64,000 bases of DNA, from the IMG/VR virus record IMGVR_UViG_3300042507_002545, positions 33,989 to 97,988 of that record. One strand, written 5' to 3'. Shown here in pieces: positions 45,298 through 55,408 of this stretch. Positions within the stretch are counted from its first letter, which is position 1, and the number at the start of each line of letters is the position of its first letter. Under the pieces are notes generated by a model that had not been told where the DNA came from, did not search any database, and saw only the letters and a list, made by a program, of their open reading frames with translations. This DNA is from a virus. Taxonomy: Duplodnaviria; Caudoviricetes. The position numbers were made by a program, and so were the translations under genes.

Positions 45298-45559
45298 CTT
45301 GTTTGTTTATAGTGTTTATACTGTTAACTCGTTGAATATCAACAATATCCAAACTGTCTTGGAGAATCTTTAGCTTTAAAGAATCTACTAAGATACTATC
45401 TCTTACATCATCGGCATAAGCTTGACGCTTAAGGTCTTCTATCTTAAGATCTTTTACCTTATTCTTATATTGCAATATTGCGATAAAGGCTACAATTGTT
45501 ACTAAGGTTACTGCTACAGCTATATCACTATACAGTTTCTTCAGTTGGCGCTGTGTCAT
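45194..45559 (-). CDS. putative i-spanin-like protein
   Basis: start MTQRQL; N-terminal TM + coiled coil. Confidence 0.5.
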   Translation of the reverse strand: MTQRQLKKLYSDIAVAVTLVTIVAFIAILQYKNKVKDLKIEDLKRQAYADDVRDSILVDSLKLKILQDSLDIVDIQRVNSINTINKQDDKDKGDRDILIAIIPNATDEQRDRIWTTYSPKD

Positions 45560-45839
45560 AAGTAATCTCAGGTTGTGGCTCAGGGGCCGGTTGTACTGGA
45601 GCTGGAATTGGTACCTCTTTTCTTTTATCAAAGATCTTCTCAATAACCGTTAAGCCTAGTCCTCCACCTGCTATTAGACATAGAGCGTCAAACATAAACT
45701 CCGGTGTGATGTGATCATCATTCCTGAAGGTGGCTACGTAAGCTAAGATAATGATATTTAATAATGTAAATGCAGAAAGAACTCTCTTACTTGAAAGAGA
45801 GGATCTGTTACTAAACATGTCATAGAAAAAGTTTTTCAT
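45528..45839 (-). CDS. putative holin
   Basis: SSKRV followed by two TM helices, GLGLTVIEK. Confidence 0.65.
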   Translation of the reverse strand: MKNFFYDMFSNRSSLSSKRVLSAFTLLNIIILAYVATFRNDDHITPEFMFDALCLIAGGGLGLTVIEKIFDKRKEVPIPAPVQPAPEPQPEITYDTAPTEETV

Positions 45840-45851
45840 TTTGTTATTCTT

Positions 45852-46604
45852 TTATTTTTTTTCTTTACTTCCTTCTTGGGTAGCATACTTGATTCCCATG
45901 ATAGTTCCAACTATTGAAAAGGCGTTTGTTAATAAGACACTAAACATATTACTCCAAGTTGAACCAATTATTTGTGTGTCTTTGCTCATAACTATTGCCA
46001 TCCAATATAGTATTGTTGTAATAACCCCAACTCCTACTATAACGGACAACGCAACTTTAACAATGACTTTTATTAACTCACTTTGACTTTTCTTCATTAC
46101 TATATCCAAGTCATTCAAAGCTGCATCCTTTTCTATCTCTATTGAATTTTTAAGATCCTGTGATTTTTTTAACTCAATCTGCAAATCTTTTGAAAGAGCA
46201 TCTACTGTATTTTTACTATTTACCATAGGTGTAATGTCAGTAGCAATCTTCATTATTTTAGTTATAGTACCGCTTTCATCTAAAATAGGATTGTATGTAG
46301 CTTGTAAGTAAATGGGAGCCCCGTCTATTTTTTTTCTTTCAAACTCTCCTTCAAAAAACTTACCCTCTCTTAGTGTGTCCCAGAACTTTTTATACTCCTC
46401 AGATTTTGAATAGTTATAGTCTACAAAAATGCTATGATGCTTACCAATTAGTTGAGCATGCTCATTTTCTTGAAAGCCCATTGCTTTTAAGAATATAGGA
46501 TTCACCCCTAGGATGTATCCATTGAGATCAAAGTAGATAATAGCGTTACTTCTGTTAATTGCTTCTAATCTACTGAGCAGCTCTTCTTTTGATAAGTTTT
46601 TCAC
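45852..46604 (-). CDS. PAS/PAC-domain protein with coiled coil and two C-terminal TM helices
   Basis: AINRSNAII.FDLNG.IL..N..FL..MG...GKHHSIF...FW..LR.G...GEF.R....G....LQATYNPI.D..G...K..K.ATDIT (chemoreceptor-type PAS). Confidence 0.88.
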   Translation of the reverse strand: MKNLSKEELLSRLEAINRSNAIIYFDLNGYILGVNPIFLKAMGFQENEHAQLIGKHHSIFVDYNYSKSEEYKKFWDTLREGKFFEGEFERKKIDGAPIYLQATYNPILDESGTITKIMKIATDITPMVNSKNTVDALSKDLQIELKKSQDLKNSIEIEKDAALNDLDIVMKKSQSELIKVIVKVALSVIVGVGVITTILYWMAIVMSKDTQIIGSTWSNMFSVLLTNAFSIVGTIMGIKYATQEGSKEKK

Positions 46605-47149
46605 TAGAACTCTCTTAATAGGGTATAAGTAAATGCCTTCTTACCTGATGCTTTACAAGCTGCAATCAATGTAGCATATTGCTTAGGATCATTAAGTACT
46701 TGACATCCTGCTGACCACTTATCTATAATGCTAGATACAGCATTAGGATTAGCACGGTGAATGTTAATACCAAATAAACCTGTTTGTTCTGTAGAGGTCT
46801 CTTCAGCTACATCATCCTTGTCACCATCACGGTATACAGTTACAGGTTTACGTTGTACTAACGCTTCATACTTACCTTGGTGTAACCCTAAGTGGTAAGC
46901 ATCTACATACTGTCCTGGTTTAAGTAATGCTGCTCCTTTAGGATTAAGCAAGTTCTTTAACCAGTGTGTACCAGGATTAGTGGTGCAACTAAATGGAGTC
47001 ATGATAAGACCGTTTACAAGATACATAGTATCATCAAACTTGTTCTTCTCATTAGCCTTAGACCTTACTCCAATAAGATGAAGGGTTGGCCATTGGTAAC
47101 CGAATCCAGCAAATTCTGTTTCTAATTCTTTGTATGTGTATTGTTTCAT
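46604..47149 (-). CDS. putative endolysin with L,D-transpeptidase-like catalytic motif
   Basis: GINIH-x14-SAGC; first gene of the lysis cassette. Confidence 0.65.
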   Translation of the reverse strand: MKQYTYKELETEFAGFGYQWPTLHLIGVRSKANEKNKFDDTMYLVNGLIMTPFSCTTNPGTHWLKNLLNPKGAALLKPGQYVDAYHLGLHQGKYEALVQRKPVTVYRDGDKDDVAEETSTEQTGLFGINIHRANPNAVSSIIDKWSAGCQVLNDPKQYATLIAACKASGKKAFTYTLLREF

Positions 47150-47152
47150 ATA

Positions 47153-47184
47153 TATAAGATAATGATAATTATTATTTAAACCAA
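47153..47184 (-). promoter_or_regulatory. putative late promoter TTGG-N19-TATCTTATA
   Basis: same geometry as 5266..5297; ends 4 nt before the endolysin ATG. Confidence 0.45.
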
Positions 47185-47185
47185 C

Positions 47186-50100
47186 TTATTGTTCTACTAC
47201 TATGTTTTTACGTCTTGTTTCCATTGTTTTTTGTCTACCTGCAGGATCTATAAATTGACCACTTAATCCAAAGAATTGACCAAATGTTGAATACCATTTT
47301 GGATCACCAGCTTTTTCCCAAGGATATACACCAGAATCTTTTTGGTAAATACCAGATCTATTATCCGTAATATCTGCTGCAATATAACTAATTAAGTTTA
47401 TTGTACGGTTAAAAGTAGGATTAAGCATTGCACCTGTTTTAAGATTAAATATACTACTAAGATTACTAAGTCCGTATCCAGGTGCTGCTAACCAGTCTTC
47501 TTGGTCATGACCTACACGAGTTGTAATATATAGAGCTTGTAATTTTAACCACTCTTGAGAATCAAATCTTGCAGTTTCTTTTTCAACATCTCCATATAAA
47601 TCACTTTCAACTTCAGCACCTAAAATTGGCAATGGTCCACTTCTTCTATAAAGCTTTTTCCAAGTATCAGGAGTTGGTAATTCTTGTACACCACTTTCTT
47701 CTTTTTTACGCTCTTTAACTTTTCTTTTTAAATAGCTTTCGACATCTCCCGTTACAAGCAATCTTGCTTTAGCTTTAAGATCAGCTTTTCTCTTTTTCTT
47801 GGCTTGTTCTTCTAGTGCTTCTTCTTCATCATCATCTGGGTTATAATCAAGAAGTACAGACTTCATGTAGCCAATAGCCATTAACATACCTATCCACCTT
47901 ACACTTTTCATCATGTATACACCTTCTTCTCTTGAAGGAGATACTAATCCTGAACCATATGTTCTTACAGCTTTAGTTAGATAGTTAGTTACAGCACTGA
48001 AGAATCCCATATGAATATCATCATTACCCCAATCGTATCTTCCACGACCTTCACCCAAAAATATATTACCTTTTGCACCATAGTGATTTATTAACATCCT
48101 TGTAAGGTGCTTTTGAATAAATGATACCACTCTATATAAAGCAAACTTCATTGCTTGTGGTTGGTTGAAATCTCCAAATGCTCCGTTTATGTTAGATATA
48201 ACGGTTTGCATTCTACTTTTTACTTTTAAGAATTCTGGACCATTGATATCATATTTAGGGTCTATACCATCTTTTAATTTTATAAGACCATCTGGACCTT
48301 TCTCCCAAGCTCTTAAGTAATTTATATAGGTTGTTTTATTATTTACTGTAATTGGAACTTTTTGATAATGCATCAATGCACCCATAGTTTGCATTGTTGC
48401 TAACATCTCAAGCCACTTACGTGTATTAGTCATGAAGTTAAGTCTAACAATATCACCTGCAAGATTTCTAGCAAGACCATCATCTAGAGCTCTTTTTTGG
48501 TAATCCTCTCCAGGATCAAAAAGCTCAATAAGCTGACCTGTAACTGACTTAGGACCTGCTTTATAAATCTCTGCGGTTACAGTACTCATAGCAAAAAGAC
48601 CCCAAGCTTTACCAGCTTGTAAGCTTGCTGGGTTTATATATTTAAATCCCCAACCTTCAATTTTTAACTCCATTAAGGCATCATAGTAGTTTACAAGGGC
48701 GCTACTTGGATCTAAAGCAAAGTATCCAAATGACGCTACTTTAGCCATTCCTCCAAATAAATTATTTATTGCTGTAGCACCGGCACCTGTTCCATACTTT
48801 TGACCTTCAAATTCTCTAGCGATAAGATAATCTAATGCTTCATATCTAGGAGTTTCTTTAAAAAAGCCAACTACTTTTTCTTTTTGGGTCTTTTTAGTTT
48901 GTTTCTCAGATGTAATAATTTCACCTAAGTTATCTAACTTATTCTTTTTATAAACTCTTTTTCCACTTTCAGCATCCTTAACATAGTAGAATTCTTTCAT
49001 AGCTTTAGCCATTGGAGATAACTCAACAAGCTTCTGATGCTTTTCTAAAGATGCCATATAACGCATTGTACTTTTTACAAAGTTTCTCGATACGTTATTC
49101 ATTTCAATATTAGACCTACCTTGAATAGGAATTTTTGAATTTTGTTTAGCAAAGAAGCTTAATGATTCTACTTCATAATCTTCTGTAAAGTTTGCATCAC
49201 CTTCTTCAAATGATCCAGGTCTTGGTGTAAAGAATCTTATTGCATTTTCAAACCAGCGACTAAAAACTTTTGGTTTTTTTAAATTACGTTTACCAAATAC
49301 ACTCTTTTTTGCATTTCTTAATACATCTCCTACATCTTCTGCAATATCTGTGGTGTATCTAGGAAGCTCCAAATACATTTTAGTGCTACGGTCTTTGCCT
49401 TCTTGAATACCTATATAAAATTCTTTATACTTTTCAAGTGCGTCAAACATAGCCTTATTGGTGCGACGAAGTTCTGCATAACGACTATTTATAAAACGAC
49501 CATCTGGCGCACCTTGCGTTAAACGTTTAGGTAACCAGTTACCTTTATTGTCTTTGTTAGGTGGAATAATATTACCATTTGCATCCTCTGTGTTAGGTAA
49601 TATTTCTTCAGTTAAAAATTCTGGTTTAACATCAAACGTATAATACTCTAAATTAGGTACTGCAAATAATGTTTCTTTTACAAGATTTCCTGATGCATCT
49701 TTTTCTAAAGTTGCCGTAGGTATTTCAGTGCTTTCAAATAGTTTATTATCTGTAGGCTCGTTATAGTTCCAAACTTGTAGTCTTTGCCAAGAATCTGCCC
49801 AGCCGCCTTTACCATCATAAGTTTTTACTCGTATGTGATTTTTATCAAACCATATTGCAAACTGTGCATTTTGAGATTTTATCTCATCTACAACATCGTC
49901 TAATAAAAAGTACTTATCTGCATTTTCTTGATCTATATAGTTAATACCTAAATCGTCAATAACAAATTGGGTATCTACAAGAGTCAAATAGTTATTGTAT
50001 ATATCTAGGTAGTACGTATTTACTTTTTTCTCACTAAGACTTCTTAATGTTTTATAAGCTGTTGCTAATGCTTTGTTTTCATCTTTAGTTAAACCATTAT

Positions 50101-53100
50101 AAGATTGTTTTTCAAATAGCTCAGCAGCACGGTCTTGTTCATCTTGAGATGGCATTTGACCTAGTCCAACATTAGCCATTGCAAAACGTTCAACATAATC
50201 AAGTAAGAAATCATTTTCTTCTTCAGTAAGATTATTAATCTTACCAGAGTTTTCTTTTGCGTATACAATAACCTCTTGGATATTTTTAATAAGAGCCATA
50301 GCTTCTTCTGTTATTTCAGAAGCTGCTACCATTTTACTCTCATCTCTACTAATAGAAGCAATGTCATTTATAATAGAATATAAATCACCAACTGATTCTA
50401 TTTGATCAATTATATCTTGACTTACATTTCTTTGCGCAAGTTGTTCTTTAAGAACCTTAGCAGTTGCTTCTTTTATTTTTGGATCTTTTTTAGCTTCAAT
50501 TTCTTTGATAGCTTGATAAAGACCGGCCTGTATTTCATAGTATTCTTTTTTTGCACTTACTCTTGTATTATTTCCAAGCCAAGCTTCACGCTCTCTTAAA
50601 AATTCTGGAGAATTTCTATCACCATTTATACTTGGTCTTAATAGTAACTGCTGTTCGTAGTCAGCCAATGCTTTTAAAAATACACCAGGACGTGGTTTAG
50701 ATTCATAGAATCCTGAACTTAAGCTTCTATATTCACGTAATCTTTCAGCAATAAGTTTTTCATCTCCGGTCTTAAGGTTTCCAAATCTGTCTACTAAGCT
50801 ATATAAAAATCTTTTTTCTTCTAGTGCAAGTTTACGTAGCTCAGTTTCATCTTTAATTTCAAAGCCTTGACGCTTCATGTCTTTCCACATTTGAAGCTTT
50901 TCATTAATATCATCAAGTCTTCTTTTAGCTTCTGCACCTATATCATCTCTTTCAAATAGTTCTTGTCTATCATAGAATTCAGGCTTATACTTATTATGAA
51001 AGTATAAACGTCGCATTCTATCATAGTCTTGTTTAACCTTATTATATGCTTTCTTATCGACATCATTTAAGCTTTGGTAATATGTAAAACGAGCTTTCTC
51101 AATATTAAATTGTTCCTGCGCATCCCACCATTCATACCCTACAAATTCATCTAAGAACTTTAATACTTTAAACTCATAAAGATTACCATTTGCATTTTTT
51201 TCAGCAATGCTATCCTCCATTAAGAAAGTATCTGCCATGCTAACCAAATTTCTTGCATTTATACCAGCTTTCTTAAGAGCCGGTACAACTTGTGATGCAA
51301 ACATAACTTTATGCATATGGACTTTTGATTCCATTTCCATATAGTTGTTTCTTAGATACTTAGCAAAAGCTCCTACAACAGGATCTTGGTTAACCAAGTA
51401 ACTTTCAAATAATGCATTTATTTGGCTGGCAAGTCCGTTGTTTACAAGATCGCCATCTACCATTTTCTTAAAAGAATCTTTGGTAAGCTTTATACTATTA
51501 TAAGCAGCTTCTTCTATGGCTAATAATCTTGCATTAGCTAATGGAGAATTTTCTAAAAATGCTTTACGTTTTAGCCAACGCTCATCTATTTTTTTAGCTG
51601 TTGGCTCAACAAATTCCCAAAGAGTGTCTGTTAAGTTTTCACCATATATATATAATGCAGCTTTCTTACCTCTTTTTGAAGCTTTTTCAATTTCTGATAC
51701 AAGCTTTTGAAGATCAGATTCTTCTGTAACACCAATGTTTTCCAAGTCATCGGTGATTTTATTAGCTAACTCTATAAAAGAATCTAGATAATCACTTAGA
51801 TTTTTAACACGGTAAATACTAGTTTCAGACACACCAAGCTCTTTAATTTCTTCAATTCTACCAGCAATCTTTTTAGAAATCATATTTAATTGCTGAAGAC
51901 TATTAACAAAGGCAATAGCAAGTTTTCTATTCTCTTCTACAAGATCTTTAATGTGTCTGGTTCTACTAGACTCATAAGTACTAAGGGTAGATGTAATATA
52001 TGCAATGTCCCTACTATCTTCAGTTGTTAGTAGGAGAGCAAGTTCCTGGTACTCTTCTTTAGTGGTAGCTTGAAGCTGATCACTAAATAGTTTATACATT
52101 GCATCGATAGTATTTTTAAGTTGGGCATGTGTCTTTTTAGCAGTCGCGTCATCTACTGCATTATCCAACTCTTTAATAAAATCATTTATTTCTTTAGCGT
52201 ATTGTACTCTATCATCTTCAATAGATTCTTTACTAGCTATAGATGTGTCTATATTAAACTTCTCAGATAGCATTTCATTTGCTAAATCCATAAAAGAAGT
52301 ATTAACTCCTAGGTCACTAAGTTTAGGTCCAGCACCAAATAGTTTTCTAAAGAACTTTTTGATTTGATAAAGTATATTAGAAACAATTTCGCTAAATGAA
52401 TTTGGCATTGGTGTATTAGAAAGCTGAGCTTGTCCAGCCATAGTTAATACATGCACAATAATCTCTTCTGAAAAGCCTTGTGGATCTCCTTCAAGTTCAG
52501 GGTACAGCTTTAAAAAGTTTTCTTGCAGTCCCATTTTACCTAACTCAGACCAAGCTTTCTTAGCTAGTTTTTGAAATAGCTCTGGGTTTTCTTTTGCCAA
52601 GTACTTTACAAAAGGGTGAGCAAACTCGTGGAATAAAGTCTTTGTACTTAATGCACCATCTACTACATATACTTTTCCATTATAAACAAATGCTGGTTCA
52701 TTATTATAAGGAGCCTTTGTATTCTTAGTAAGTTCTATTGCCTCATCTTTACTAATAAATTGAACCTCAGGTTCACCAAACACATTTAACATGTTCATAC
52801 TAGCTGCTAAGTTTTTTACAACTTGCATTGCTTGAACATGCTCTGATTGCTCTTGAGTCAAAGTATTTGTCAATAGTTCATCTATTGCTTCATTACCCTC
52901 TTCATTGACAAGATTGATCATATCATCAATAGCTTCAATCTCCCTTATAAACCACGCCCTATCTATACCACTCTCCTGAGAATTAGGTGAGTTAGGTTGT
53001 ATAGGTAGCGGAGTCTTGAGCACCTTGATGAAATATTTTTGAGGTCCATTTCTTAAATCATTCTCCTCTTTTACAACATCTAAGTAACGTATATTACCGT

Positions 53101-55405
53101 TAAGTCTATTATACGCGTTAACCTCATTTATAGCATTGTTGTAACCACCTTGTGCTAAATACTTTTTATTATATATATTCTTGTCACCATTCAGTTTCAT
53201 AAGATGTTTTTTAAACTGAGCAGGTGTTAAGTCATATATGTTCTTGTTATACTGTGGAGTATCCGTTGCTATATCTACAATAGCATCATTGCTAAATGCA
53301 ACTAGATACTGACTATCTGAAAACATTGTATAATCAAGACCCTTATAGCCTCTATCTTTAAGAAAGCTAAAGAAACTATTTTGAATAGCTAATCCTTCTG
53401 GAGAATTATCAAGTATATTAAACTCAGCTCCAGCTTGTTTTGCAAACTCAGACCTAAGACTTCTATACTCTTTACTATCTCCTTCTAAAAACCCTTTAGT
53501 GTCTACGCTTACTTGTCTTACATTTTTACCGTAGTCCTTTGCCTCTGCTTTATCAACAGTAAAATAGTTAATATTTCTATTATCTAGAGTATCATACCCT
53601 TGATAAACAGTTTTAACACCATCATTAGTCTCCGCAGTTTCTTGTATTGTATCTTCTATAAAAGAAAAATATCTAAATCCAGGAGTTTTAAATTTATAAA
53701 TGTCACTCTTAAATGGAGCAAAGTATATTAAATCCATAATATCTTTACCACGGCCCATATTTATTTTTGCTTCAAAGATTTGCTTCCAATCTTTCCAGTA
53801 GTTATCAAATATCTCTGGATAGTTACCCTCCGCAGTTCTTAAAAAGAAATCTAAAACGTATCTTTTAGGTCTAGTTTCACCAGTTTCTTCATCAATTTCA
53901 AATGCTGTAGGATGCTCAATGTATCCTGTAATAGTAACGCTTTCACCTTTTTTATGGTCACGTCCTATAAATGCAGTTTGGAATGTCCATGAAGGAAATA
54001 CTTCTTTTAGGTTTTTATACCAAGATTGACCTTCTAAAAGTGGTATAATTTCTTTATTAAATTGATTACGCCCCAAAGCTGAACCAACGGTTGTTTTACG
54101 CTGCATGTAACTTAAACCTTTAGTTTGAATCCAGTCTAAGAATTGCATAGCGTTTGCTTCTTTCATGAAATGCTCAAGTGTAATAACACCGTCAATATCA
54201 TGTAGGTCCTCACTAAAGCTTCTGTATGTAGCTCCATATCTTCTCAATACTTGAGAGCCAGATAGTTTATAAGCTTTACCCTCAGGGTCTAATGAGTTAA
54301 ATAGTTTTTGCAACACATCTGCTGCAAAAGGATCTGCAGATAATGTAGTGTAATAGTTTTTTTGTTCTAGTAGATTACCTTTTTTATCGTAGAGCATACC
54401 ATCTCGGACCTCTATACCACGCATCCACTTTTTGAAATCCTTCTTATAGATATCGTCTACTAGGTCAAAAAGTAAATCGTTAAGCTTTTCAGCATTATAC
54501 TTAGTAAAAGGTTTGCCTTTTATAGCCTTACGAATAAAATTATATAATGCAGCAAAGGCTGTTTTAAGAACTGTTACTGCATAAGGGCTTTTAAAACCTT
54601 TTTCCGCAAAAAAAGATTTATCAATATCTGGATTTTCAAAATCTATCTTTTCACGTAAATCTGGTCTATAGTTAAGTAAACCTTCTGTGATAAACTCAAT
54701 AATAACTTGTTTATGAGCCCAAGCATTTTTAGGTGCCCCCTTACGCTCTGAAGGGTCATCAACTATTTCTTCAATAACATCTAAATCAGCTTGTTGAATA
54801 TTATTGTTTTTAGTTAAAGCATCATACTTATCATACAGCTCCTCATACTTATTCCAAAGCTTAATATTAAACCATAAATCTTTAGCTATTTTAGATTTTC
54901 TACCTAAGAATGTATACGCAATATTAGCAGTTTGTTTTGCTAATCCTCTATCGGAAAGATTTTTTGGTATTGCTAGGAGTTTCTGAAGCATATCAAAAGC
55001 TGCAACTGGGGGACCTAGTTCGCCTTTATCCCATCTTCCTGCAGAGTTCATTTGCTCTGCTAAACCAGTCCACTCTTGACTACCTTCTTCAACAATATCA
55101 ATACGTAGTGATCTTATAAAATCATATAAGGAATCTCTAAACTCTTTTTGTTGACCCTCAAATTTTTGATAAGCCTTAAGATTACCTTTGAAGTTTCTTA
55201 CTTTAAACTTTTTAAGCTCTTGTCGCTTAGCTTTATAATAGTCTTTGCGTTCTGGATAAGCTTCTTGTAAAGTATCTAAAATAGCAAAAGGATCAATTAA
55301 AGAGCCCTTATCTTCAGTAAGTAGTAAATAATTACTTACATCGTAGTCTCCTAACAATCTTCTTGCTGCTTCTAATGAAGGATTAAAAATTTGACAACTA
55401 GCCAT
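47186..55405 (-). CDS. giant virion ejection-type protein (2739 aa) with zincin, NTase-like and ART-like segments
   Basis: adjacent to the vRNAP as in crAss-like phages; HEFAH; SGS...DLHDID; C-terminal hydrophobic helices. Confidence 0.75.
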   Translation of the reverse strand: MASCQIFNPSLEAARRLLGDYDVSNYLLLTEDKGSLIDPFAILDTLQEAYPERKDYYKAKRQELKKFKVRNFKGNLKAYQKFEGQQKEFRDSLYDFIRSLRIDIVEEGSQEWTGLAEQMNSAGRWDKGELGPPVAAFDMLQKLLAIPKNLSDRGLAKQTANIAYTFLGRKSKIAKDLWFNIKLWNKYEELYDKYDALTKNNNIQQADLDVIEEIVDDPSERKGAPKNAWAHKQVIIEFITEGLLNYRPDLREKIDFENPDIDKSFFAEKGFKSPYAVTVLKTAFAALYNFIRKAIKGKPFTKYNAEKLNDLLFDLVDDIYKKDFKKWMRGIEVRDGMLYDKKGNLLEQKNYYTTLSADPFAADVLQKLFNSLDPEGKAYKLSGSQVLRRYGATYRSFSEDLHDIDGVITLEHFMKEANAMQFLDWIQTKGLSYMQRKTTVGSALGRNQFNKEIIPLLEGQSWYKNLKEVFPSWTFQTAFIGRDHKKGESVTITGYIEHPTAFEIDEETGETRPKRYVLDFFLRTAEGNYPEIFDNYWKDWKQIFEAKINMGRGKDIMDLIYFAPFKSDIYKFKTPGFRYFSFIEDTIQETAETNDGVKTVYQGYDTLDNRNINYFTVDKAEAKDYGKNVRQVSVDTKGFLEGDSKEYRSLRSEFAKQAGAEFNILDNSPEGLAIQNSFFSFLKDRGYKGLDYTMFSDSQYLVAFSNDAIVDIATDTPQYNKNIYDLTPAQFKKHLMKLNGDKNIYNKKYLAQGGYNNAINEVNAYNRLNGNIRYLDVVKEENDLRNGPQKYFIKVLKTPLPIQPNSPNSQESGIDRAWFIREIEAIDDMINLVNEEGNEAIDELLTNTLTQEQSEHVQAMQVVKNLAASMNMLNVFGEPEVQFISKDEAIELTKNTKAPYNNEPAFVYNGKVYVVDGALSTKTLFHEFAHPFVKYLAKENPELFQKLAKKAWSELGKMGLQENFLKLYPELEGDPQGFSEEIIVHVLTMAGQAQLSNTPMPNSFSEIVSNILYQIKKFFRKLFGAGPKLSDLGVNTSFMDLANEMLSEKFNIDTSIASKESIEDDRVQYAKEINDFIKELDNAVDDATAKKTHAQLKNTIDAMYKLFSDQLQATTKEEYQELALLLTTEDSRDIAYITSTLSTYESSRTRHIKDLVEENRKLAIAFVNSLQQLNMISKKIAGRIEEIKELGVSETSIYRVKNLSDYLDSFIELANKITDDLENIGVTEESDLQKLVSEIEKASKRGKKAALYIYGENLTDTLWEFVEPTAKKIDERWLKRKAFLENSPLANARLLAIEEAAYNSIKLTKDSFKKMVDGDLVNNGLASQINALFESYLVNQDPVVGAFAKYLRNNYMEMESKVHMHKVMFASQVVPALKKAGINARNLVSMADTFLMEDSIAEKNANGNLYEFKVLKFLDEFVGYEWWDAQEQFNIEKARFTYYQSLNDVDKKAYNKVKQDYDRMRRLYFHNKYKPEFYDRQELFERDDIGAEAKRRLDDINEKLQMWKDMKRQGFEIKDETELRKLALEEKRFLYSLVDRFGNLKTGDEKLIAERLREYRSLSSGFYESKPRPGVFLKALADYEQQLLLRPSINGDRNSPEFLREREAWLGNNTRVSAKKEYYEIQAGLYQAIKEIEAKKDPKIKEATAKVLKEQLAQRNVSQDIIDQIESVGDLYSIINDIASISRDESKMVAASEITEEAMALIKNIQEVIVYAKENSGKINNLTEEENDFLLDYVERFAMANVGLGQMPSQDEQDRAAELFEKQSYNGLTKDENKALATAYKTLRSLSEKKVNTYYLDIYNNYLTLVDTQFVIDDLGINYIDQENADKYFLLDDVVDEIKSQNAQFAIWFDKNHIRVKTYDGKGGWADSWQRLQVWNYNEPTDNKLFESTEIPTATLEKDASGNLVKETLFAVPNLEYYTFDVKPEFLTEEILPNTEDANGNIIPPNKDNKGNWLPKRLTQGAPDGRFINSRYAELRRTNKAMFDALEKYKEFYIGIQEGKDRSTKMYLELPRYTTDIAEDVGDVLRNAKKSVFGKRNLKKPKVFSRWFENAIRFFTPRPGSFEEGDANFTEDYEVESLSFFAKQNSKIPIQGRSNIEMNNVSRNFVKSTMRYMASLEKHQKLVELSPMAKAMKEFYYVKDAESGKRVYKKNKLDNLGEIITSEKQTKKTQKEKVVGFFKETPRYEALDYLIAREFEGQKYGTGAGATAINNLFGGMAKVASFGYFALDPSSALVNYYDALMELKIEGWGFKYINPASLQAGKAWGLFAMSTVTAEIYKAGPKSVTGQLIELFDPGEDYQKRALDDGLARNLAGDIVRLNFMTNTRKWLEMLATMQTMGALMHYQKVPITVNNKTTYINYLRAWEKGPDGLIKLKDGIDPKYDINGPEFLKVKSRMQTVISNINGAFGDFNQPQAMKFALYRVVSFIQKHLTRMLINHYGAKGNIFLGEGRGRYDWGNDDIHMGFFSAVTNYLTKAVRTYGSGLVSPSREEGVYMMKSVRWIGMLMAIGYMKSVLLDYNPDDDEEEALEEQAKKKRKADLKAKARLLVTGDVESYLKRKVKERKKEESGVQELPTPDTWKKLYRRSGPLPILGAEVESDLYGDVEKETARFDSQEWLKLQALYITTRVGHDQEDWLAAPGYGLSNLSSIFNLKTGAMLNPTFNRTINLISYIAADITDNRSGIYQKDSGVYPWEKAGDPKWYSTFGQFFGLSGQFIDPAGRQKTMETRRKNIVVEQ

Positions 55406-55408
55406 CTT

